From Amoebophrya sp. A120 (lineage: Eukaryota > Protista > Dinoflagellata): a DNA stretch of 64,000 nucleotides. The notes below the pieces were generated by a model. It saw only the letters and a program-made list of their open reading frames with translations. It had not been told where the DNA came from and ran no database searches. The translations under genes were made by a program, and so were the position numbers. Every line of letters starts with the position of its first letter. Position 1 is the stretch's first letter. Below are positions 58,501 to 64,000 of the stretch, piece after piece. The stretch spans positions 786,345 to 850,344 of the forward strand of contig CAJINV010000006.1 in assembly GCA_905178155.1 (NCBI GenBank). The letters are read 5' to 3'.

Positions 58501-61500
58501 TAGGTCCGGCGATGCACCAGTTGTACGAAAGTACTACTTGGACACGGACCGAACTAACGCACACGAAAATAAACGTGTATAACCAAAAACAATGCATGAA
58601 CGAGTTGTAGAACATCGATGGGCATAGGGGTGCAAAATACAATGGGTATAGATTCAAATAGTATGCTCTCCTTAGCAACTTCCGCGTATTCTCTGTAGGA
58701 ATTTGCTCAACCTTGAGCCAAAGTGGCTACGTTGAAAAGGTTCCTCCATGCAATACAAACTGCAACCTCATCCAAATCTGTCATGCTATTTTGCCACTCG
58801 GCACAGAACTGCCGTATAGATCCTTCAAGATCTCGCGCGTTACAGATTAGATTTTATCAGTTTGCAGAGTGTGCTGGTCTTTGAGTATTGATGAATTTTA
58901 GGAACCTAGTGGAAAACTTTAAGGAGATCAAGTTCATTCGTGGTCTCAGTTCGATCTGATTCCGAAGTCCTTATGCATACAGTGACGTCCTCTCTTCATG
59001 TGTGTTTTCACGTACTCGTTGCGCATGACAAGGTTCCTCTGTCATGCGGAGCAAGTTTGTCATGCTGTCCCTCCATCACACCTACAGTAACACAGTTTTT
59101 TTCATCTTGATACCAGCCCTGTCCCGTGGATTGTCAAATGTCCGATTGGAAACTGAACGAGACAATTGTTCCCCAGTGTTCCAAGACCTGCGGCTCCGAC
59201 GGGACTGCCGAACAGTATCGGACGGTTGCGATCGCACCCGACTACGGAGGAGCCGCTTGCCCCAACGAGACCACGCGACAGATCAACTGCAGGGCCGTGA
59301 ATCCACCGCTTGTCCCGGAACACTGCCCGATCCCCTGCGTGTTGGCGGAGGAATGGACGGATGTCGGCGACTGCGATGCTATGCAGTGCAAATATGTCTG
59401 GGTCTGGAAGGGTGCTGGAACTTGTAATGCTGTCTGCGGAATGGGAATCTAAAAATATCTGTGTTGCATGAGCAGCTAGAGGAGTTTAGTTCTTGGCACG
59501 CGGAGCGAGAGGTCATATTACTTTCTCATGCGTGATAAGCATCAAGACCACGTAGACGCGTTCAAAAAATCTGTGATGCTAGGACCTGCATCACAGACCT
59601 CACGGGTCATGCAAAATGTGCATGACAAACTTTGACGCTTCCAGACCCAGACCACATATTTGCAATGCATAGATGCGGACTGCGGCGGCGGATTGCAGCA
59701 GCAGGAGCGGGAGATTTTGCAGGCCCCAGATTACGGCGCCCCTCCCTGTCCCGTGCCCCGGACGCGCGCCGTTGAGTGCAACCTGCAGGAGTGTATGCTT
59801 TGCAAATATGTCTGGGTCTGGAAGGTTCCGAGACGTGTCATGCACGTTTTGCATGAGCCATGATGTCTGTGATGCATGCCCTAGCATCACAGATTTTTTG
59901 AGGGCTTCTTGATGCCTATTCAGCATGACAAATGCCCTTTCCGCGTAGCAAAATTTACATTCTCTTTGCTGCTCACGCAATACAGATTTTTTTGGAATCC
60001 AAATGCAGCGTCACAAGTTCCAACCTTCCAGACCCAGACATATTTGCATTCGATAGAGTGCAACGTCGACTGCCAAATGTCGGATTGGGCAAACGCGGAG
60101 GGCGCTGAGTGCTCGGATATGCTGAGCAAAAACGTCCCCACCCCAGAGTTGTCATGCAAATCTGCATGCTTAAATAAAATGTTTTTCATGCAGAGCCCCA
60201 AGAGAAGCATTTTCATTTTGTAGTCGTGTTTTGGAGTTTGTGATGCTCGAACCAGCGTGATATGCTAGATATGTGATGCTGCTGACGTAGGTAAACCGGG
60301 TTACACTATGAGGGCAAACTTGTCATGCGAACCAGCAAAATCTGGGCGATTTCTTTAGCAGATTTCCCGTCTTGGCTCTGGTGTGGGGACATTTTTGCTG
60401 ACGATATCGGCGAGCTGCACCGACACGCTAAACCCCAACAGCCCCGTTATCCGGCAAGTGCGGACCATCCTACAATCCCCGTCGGGAGTGGGGCAAACTA
60501 TGAGAGTGCACAACTCCCCGTCGTTCTCATTTCTCATGCAAAACGCCAATTCCAGACTGTGCCTCTTAGCACTGTTTGCATGACAAGTTCTGGTAGCCCG
60601 AATAGCACTACAATCCAGTGTAAATTTGTCATGCAAAACCGGCATTCTTGCTGGTGCTTGTATTGCCGTTCATGCTATACAAACGAGGGGGAGGGGGAGT
60701 TGTGCGCTGTCATACAAACCTGTGGGAAGACGGAGCGGTTCGTGCCGTGCAACGAGAACACGTTCTGCGCGATCGACTGCATTATCAACTGTAAAAATGT
60801 CTGGGTCTGGAAACTTGTGATGCTGGTTCGCGTATCATGAGGCCGCCACAAGTGCTGGCTCAGCATGGCAAGTTTCTGAGCTTCGAGGTGTTGCCTATTC
60901 TGCATGACAAACTGCGTTTCTGCATGACTAAAAAAGGGGGCTCTTGGGTAACGTGCATGACAGACTTTGGGGTCATGCTGGCAGAGCATGACAGACCTTC
61001 CATTCTTCCAGACCCAGACATTTTTACAATCCATATGCATCATGAACGAGTGGCTCCCTGCCGCTACGCTGCCGCTTGTCGATCCAAGCGATGCGTATCA
61101 AGAAATTACGGAGCCCGGGGTCTGCTCTAGCAGCTGCGGCAACGGCACCTTCGTGCAGCGCAGGACGGTGCAACAGGCCATGGCCCACAACGGCGCGGCG
61201 TGTCCGACGGAGCGCGAGCGAACCCTGGAGTGCAACAAGCAGCCCTGCCCCGTGGATTGTGAACTGGGGGAATTTTTGCCCAACACGGCACAGCACCCCT
61301 GTACTACGACTTGCGGCGGGGGCACGCAGAAGTACGTGCGAGAGGTGGTGAAGGAGGCGCAACACGGCGGGGATGATTCTTGTAAGGATCAGGAGATGGA
61401 GCTAGTCGTCCCGTGTGCCATGCAAGAGTGTCCCATCGACTGCGTATTGGGCGACTGGCAGCAGTTGAACGACGGGCAGTGCTCAACGTCTTGTGGTTTC

Positions 61501-64000
61501 GTGGGCCGGCTCTCCTACACCCGGACAAAACAAGTAGAGGCGAATGGGGGAGCGAGTTGCGCGAAGGTGGCCGAGACTGTCGACCAGGCCGACAACGCTG
61601 ATCCGTCCATTTCGATTAACACGGATCTGACCATGAAAAGCACGGACTGCAGCGCCGAGGACCGGAAGCCGTGCCCGGTCGATTGCGTGCTCAGCGAAGA
61701 ATACGATCCAAACACGTTAACCGAGTGCACGAAGACGTGCGGCGGGGGCACGCGGATGTGGTACAAGACACGACTGGTCGACCCCCTCAACGGCGGGCAA
61801 GAGTGCGACGACTCCGAAGAACAGGTGCGGCCGTGTAACGAGCAGAATTGCCCCCGGGACTGCGAACTCTCCGACTGGCAGGACGAGGGTGCGTGCAGTC
61901 TTTCTTGCGGCACGGGGCAGCAGAAACGCGTGCGTGGGATCGAGGTCGGACCGGCCAACGAGGGAGCGGCCTGCGAAACAGATCCGTCCTTATCAAGTGC
62001 AAAAATGTCTGGGTCTGGAAGAATGCGTGTTTGTCATGCTTGTCTGGCATGACTCTTAAATCTGTCATGCACGTTACCCAAGAGCTCCATTTTTCTGTGA
62101 TGCAGAAACGCAGTCTGTCATGCAGAATAGGCAACACCTAGAAGCTCAGCAACTTGTCATGCTGAGCCAGCATTTGTGGCCTCATCATGAGACGCCACCC
62201 AGCATCACAAGTTTCCAGACCCAGAAATTTTTACACTTGATAGTCCTTGGACGAAAACGATCCAGCTGCGGACGAGCCCTGGTTAGCGAAGTTATGCATT
62301 GCAAATATGTCTGAATCTGGAAGAGCAAGAGTTCGAATCTGTGATGCGCATTCTACATCATGCCGACAACTGTCATGCATGGCCAGCAAAAGGCTCCAAT
62401 TCTTCTCACAGAAAGAGGTGATTTGTCATGCGGATTAGGCATTGGGATAAGTACCTGTTCGAAACCTGTGATGCTAGGGCTTCCATGCCAGCCCTTTTGT
62501 GTCATGCAAAACCAGCATGACATTCTTCCAGACCCAGACATATTTGCATTTGATAGAAGTTTGTCGCTTGCAAGACCGACCCGTGCCCCATCGACTGCGT
62601 TGTTTCGGAGTGGGCTGTGCAGGGGAACTATCAAATGCAAAAATGTCTGGGTCTGGAAACTTGTGTTGCTGATACTTGTATTGGAAAATTGCTGCTTGTA
62701 GGGCATAACAGCATGAGAAATTTCCCTCAACTCCTTGTGGATTCATTCGTGTTTAGCATTACAAGCTGCCATCCAGCACGACAAAAAAACTGGCCAATGG
62801 TATTCATGCATTACACATCTTGTTGTCCTTGAAATCCTGCATCACAAATCCAGACCCAGACATATTTGCAATGCATAGGAACGAAGAGTGCAATCCGACC
62901 TGCGCGGGTGGCTTGAAGTTGAAGATCCGGGAGCATGTAACAGAGGCCAAGTTCGGAGGGGCTGCCTATCAAAAGGAAAAATCCCCCCTCCCCATACCGA
63001 AAAGGCATCCTTTTGAAAATTTGTGATGCTGATTTGTAATCACAAATCTTGCAAGAGAGCAAAGCCAGAGCTTTCGCCGCTTTACGCAGGCGATTTGTAA
63101 TGCTGCTGCGCCAACAGGGCAGACGTCTGCCATGCTGAGCGCCCACCTCTAGCCAGCTCCTTCCAGGCTTTTTATCTGCCTGCACTCCTATACTGCAAGA
63201 GAAAGCTGATTTGTGTACACAAATCCCGCAACACAGACTGCCACTTTGATATGGGGAGGGAGGATTTTTCCATTCGATACCGCCTGCTCGGAATTCCCGA
63301 CGCAAGAAACAGTTAGCTGCAACCTTCCCGCCTGCCCGCGCGATTGCGAGGTGGGGGATTGGGTCATTCCCGGGAATGAGGACTGCAAACGAAATGGCGT
63401 GCCGGTGGACTGCGGCGCAGGAGCGACGAAGACGAAAACGCGGCAGGTCACCAACGGCGGCGCGGAGAACGGTGGGGCTGTATGTCCAGATTTGGAAGCA
63501 GAGGTCGACTGCGTTCTCAATGACTGCCCGATTGATTGTGAACAAACCGAATGGTTCAAGGTCGGGAATTGCACCAAAAGCTGCGGGGACTTCGGGCAAC
63601 AAACGTGGAAGCGCAATACCACGACGCAGCCGAACGAGTTCGGGACACAGTGCGAGAAGCACCAGGAACAGCGACCGTGCAACCGGCACATCCATTGCCC
63701 GGTGGACTGCGTGCAGGGTGCCTGGTACAAGGTAGGGGCGTGTTCGGTAAGCTGCGCCGACCGAGGGGAGGGCGTGGAAGATTTGGATGTGACCTTTCAG
63801 CTCGAAAAGCGGGATATGAATTGCAAAAATGTCTGGGTCTGGATCTGGAAGAATGCGCGACTTGTCATGCTGCTTTTCCATGACCCATGAGGTCTGGAAT
63901 GCAGGACCTAGCATGACAGATTCTGTGCGATCTCTCTCATGCCTATCCTGCATGAGAAACTCCCTCCCGACTTGGTCAAAACTGGACGACTTTTGGTAAT
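43502..64000 (+). CDS. Giant thrombospondin type-1 (TSP1/spondin-like) repeat protein; partial, runs off the window; 47 introners plus 1 canonical intron
   Basis: Many CPVDCxxSxWxxWxxCSxTCGGG..R.R.....P.HGG..C repeats in one frame after element removal; long exons 61041-61990 and 53396-53903 are visible in the ORF track; 5' end unresolved. Confidence 0.88.
43591..43823. mobile_element. Introner, singleton family
   Basis: TIR TATCAAACAAAAAAAGTGCGTCA / TGACGAACTTTTTTCTGTTTCATA, DR gtgtg/gcgtg. Confidence 0.85.
43870..44147. mobile_element. Introner family C
   Basis: TIRs, DR acctg/acctg. Confidence 0.92.
44185..44446. mobile_element. Introner family A
   Basis: TIRs, DR ggatt/ggatt. Confidence 0.92.
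44490..44739. mobile_element. Introner family G (TIR TATGGCGTTCTCAA)
   Basis: TIRs, DR agatc/acatc. Confidence 0.9.
44804..45124. mobile_element. Introner family B
   Basis: TIRs, DR cactg/cactg. Confidence 0.92.
45211..45533. mobile_element. Introner family B (starts TAC)
   Basis: TIRs, DR acctg/gactg. Confidence 0.88.
45668..45955. mobile_element. Introner family A
   Basis: TIRs, DR ccctg/ccctg. Confidence 0.9.
46124..46435. mobile_element. Introner family C
   Basis: TIRs, DR gcatg/gcatg. Confidence 0.9.
46443..46651. mobile_element. Introner family F
   Basis: TIRs, DR atgac/atgac. Confidence 0.92.
46705..46913. mobile_element. Introner, J-like singleton
   Basis: TIR TATCAAAGAAAAAAACGTTGT / ACAATGTTTTTTTCTTGGATA, DR gcctg/gcctg. 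Confidence 0.9.
46933..47083. mobile_element. Introner family D
   Basis: TIRs, DR cacag/cacgg. Confidence 0.88.
47149..47469. mobile_element. Introner family B (ends ACA)
   Basis: TIRs, DR gcgga/gcgga. Confidence 0.9.
47536..47863. mobile_element. Introner family B
   Basis: TIRs, DR gaaac/gaaac. Confidence 0.92.
47957..48237. mobile_element. Introner family C (reverse orientation relative to 42830-43108)
   Basis: TIRs, DR gtggc/gtggc. Confidence 0.92.
48453..48739. mobile_element. Introner family B (starts TGT)
   Basis: TIRs, DR ctgtg/ctgtg. Confidence 0.9.
48798..49002. mobile_element. Introner family J
   Basis: TIRs, DR gattt/gattt. Confidence 0.9.
49322..49454. mobile_element. Introner family D
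   Basis: TIRs, DR taagg/taagg. Confidence 0.92.
49847..49984. mobile_element. Introner family D
   Basis: TIRs, DR gcaag/gcaac. Confidence 0.9.
50221..50541. mobile_element. Introner family B
   Basis: TIRs, DR tgaaa/cgaaa. Confidence 0.9.
50876..51197. mobile_element. Introner family B
   Basis: TIRs, DR ctggt/ctggt. Confidence 0.92.
51270..51543. mobile_element. Introner family A
   Basis: TIRs, DR gttcg/gttcg. Confidence 0.9.
51627..51930. mobile_element. Introner family A (old, DR decayed)
   Basis: Degenerate TIRs; flanks cggca/caaag; removal of element plus 5 nt keeps frame. Confidence 0.8.
52183..52450. mobile_element. Introner family A
   Basis: TIRs, DR agggg/agaag. Confidence 0.85.
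52488..52636. mobile_element. Introner family D
   Basis: TIRs, DR cctga/cctga. Confidence 0.9.
52723..52962. mobile_element. Introner family G
   Basis: TIRs, DR gactt/gactt. Confidence 0.92.
53081..53390. mobile_element. Introner, B-like variant (TIR core AAAAATACCCCCACCCCC)
   Basis: TIRs, DR aaacc/aaacc. Confidence 0.9.
53904..54163. mobile_element. Introner family A
   Basis: TIRs, DR ggccg/ggccg. Confidence 0.92.
54314..54463. mobile_element. Introner family D
   Basis: TIRs, DR tcggt/tcggt. Confidence 0.92.
54553..54864. mobile_element. Introner family E
   Basis: TIRs, DR ccagt/ccagt. Confidence 0.92.
54902..55057 (+). other. Canonical GT-AG spliceosomal intron (AT-rich, no TIR)
   Basis: CAAG|GTATT...CCCAG|GT; removal gives NEWVEQGACTVTCG. 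Confidence 0.85.
55233..55495. mobile_element. Introner family A
   Basis: TIRs, DR ccctg/ccctg. Confidence 0.92.
55561..55887. mobile_element. Introner family B
   Basis: TIRs, DR cagat/cagat. Confidence 0.92.
56032..56291. mobile_element. Introner family A
   Basis: TIRs, DR ggccc/ggccc. Confidence 0.92.
56339..56600. mobile_element. Introner family A
   Basis: TIRs, DR cggac/cggac. Confidence 0.92.
56607..56904. mobile_element. Introner family C (older, DR decayed)
   Basis: TIRs; flanks ggacc/gcttc. Confidence 0.82.
57400..57620. mobile_element. Introner family F
   Basis: TIRs, DR tgtcc/tctcc. Confidence 0.9.
57677..57895. mobile_element. Introner family H (TIR TATGAGAGTGCACAAC)
   Basis: TIRs, DR acctg/tcctg. 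Confidence 0.9.
58374..59112. mobile_element. Enlarged introner family K carrying ~500 bp of cargo
   Basis: TIRs related to 36214-36457, DR ccagc/ccagc, 739 bp. Confidence 0.88.
58700..58733 (-). ncRNA. Dinoflagellate spliced-leader (SL) RNA-like sequence: 22-nt SL exon (58733-58712) followed by a GT donor; 3' extent unknown
   Basis: Minus strand reads AACGTAGCCACTTTGGCTCAAG|GTTGAGC, 20/22 match to DinoSL DCCGTAGCCATTTTGGCTCAAG. Confidence 0.6.
59380..59671. mobile_element. Introner family A
   Basis: TIRs, DR gatgc/gatgc. Confidence 0.92.
59794..60055. mobile_element. Introner family A
   Basis: TIRs, DR gagtg/gagtg. Confidence 0.92.
60118..60406. mobile_element. Introner family C
   Basis: TIRs, DR tcgga/tcggc. 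Confidence 0.9.
60499..60714. mobile_element. Introner family H
   Basis: TIRs, DR caaac/caaac. Confidence 0.92.
60783..61035. mobile_element. Introner family A
   Basis: TIRs, DR tgcat/tgcat. Confidence 0.92.
61991..62242. mobile_element. Introner family A
   Basis: TIRs, DR gtcct/gtcct. Confidence 0.92.
62293..62555. mobile_element. Introner family A
   Basis: TIRs, DR gaagt/gaagt. Confidence 0.92.
62629..62877. mobile_element. Introner family A
   Basis: TIRs, DR ggaac/ggaac. Confidence 0.92.
62967..63279. mobile_element. Introner family B
   Basis: TIRs, DR ctgcc/ccgcc. Confidence 0.9.
63815..64000. mobile_element. Introner family A, 3'-truncated by window edge
   Basis: Left TIR TATGAATTGCAAAAATGTCTGGGTCTGGA. 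Confidence 0.85.

Noticed and set aside
58470-59010. Transposase ORF inside the long introner
   Set aside because: Only a 101-aa hydrophobic-biased minus-strand ORF with no DDE features
62811-63953. 380-aa minus-strand ORF
   Set aside because: Antisense to TSP1 exons and introners; no independent features
31488-64000. Dozens of short ORFs sharing CKNVWVWK, FQTQTFL, PDPDIFA, MSGSG and KNPPSPY motifs, resembling a peptide family
   Set aside because: They are translations of introner TIRs in different frames and strands, not genes
31488-64000. CRISPR-like repeat-spacer appearance
   Set aside because: The repeats are inverted pairs bounding 130-740 bp elements, the spacers are in-frame exons, and no cas genes are present in a eukaryotic context

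Overview
Eukaryotic genomic DNA, most consistent with a parasitic syndinian dinoflagellate such as Amoebophrya; this assignment is inferred from the intron architecture, not from a marker gene. The dominant feature is about 86 short (usually 130-380 bp) non-coding elements from at least 10 terminal-inverted-repeat (TIR) families. Nearly all begin TAT and end ATA, are flanked by a 5-bp direct repeat (DR), and share an internal TGT[C/G/A]ATGC / GCAT[G/C/T]ACA motif. They sit almost only in coding exons, and removing one element plus one DR copy restores the reading frame, so they behave as introner-type mobile non-canonical introns. Manual removal reconstructs two paralogous secreted PAN/Apple-domain genes (30656-36599 and 37484-43142, 14 elements each) and a giant thrombospondin type-1 repeat gene (about 43500 to beyond 64000, 47 elements). 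The left half holds a cluster of mostly intronless genes combining signal-like leaders with CCCH zinc fingers, a ~1-kb segmental duplication starting exactly at an element end, tandem repeats and two GC-rich blocks. One enlarged element (58374-59112) carries a dinoflagellate spliced-leader-like 22-mer followed by a GT donor. All coordinates were read by eye and may be off by a base or two.
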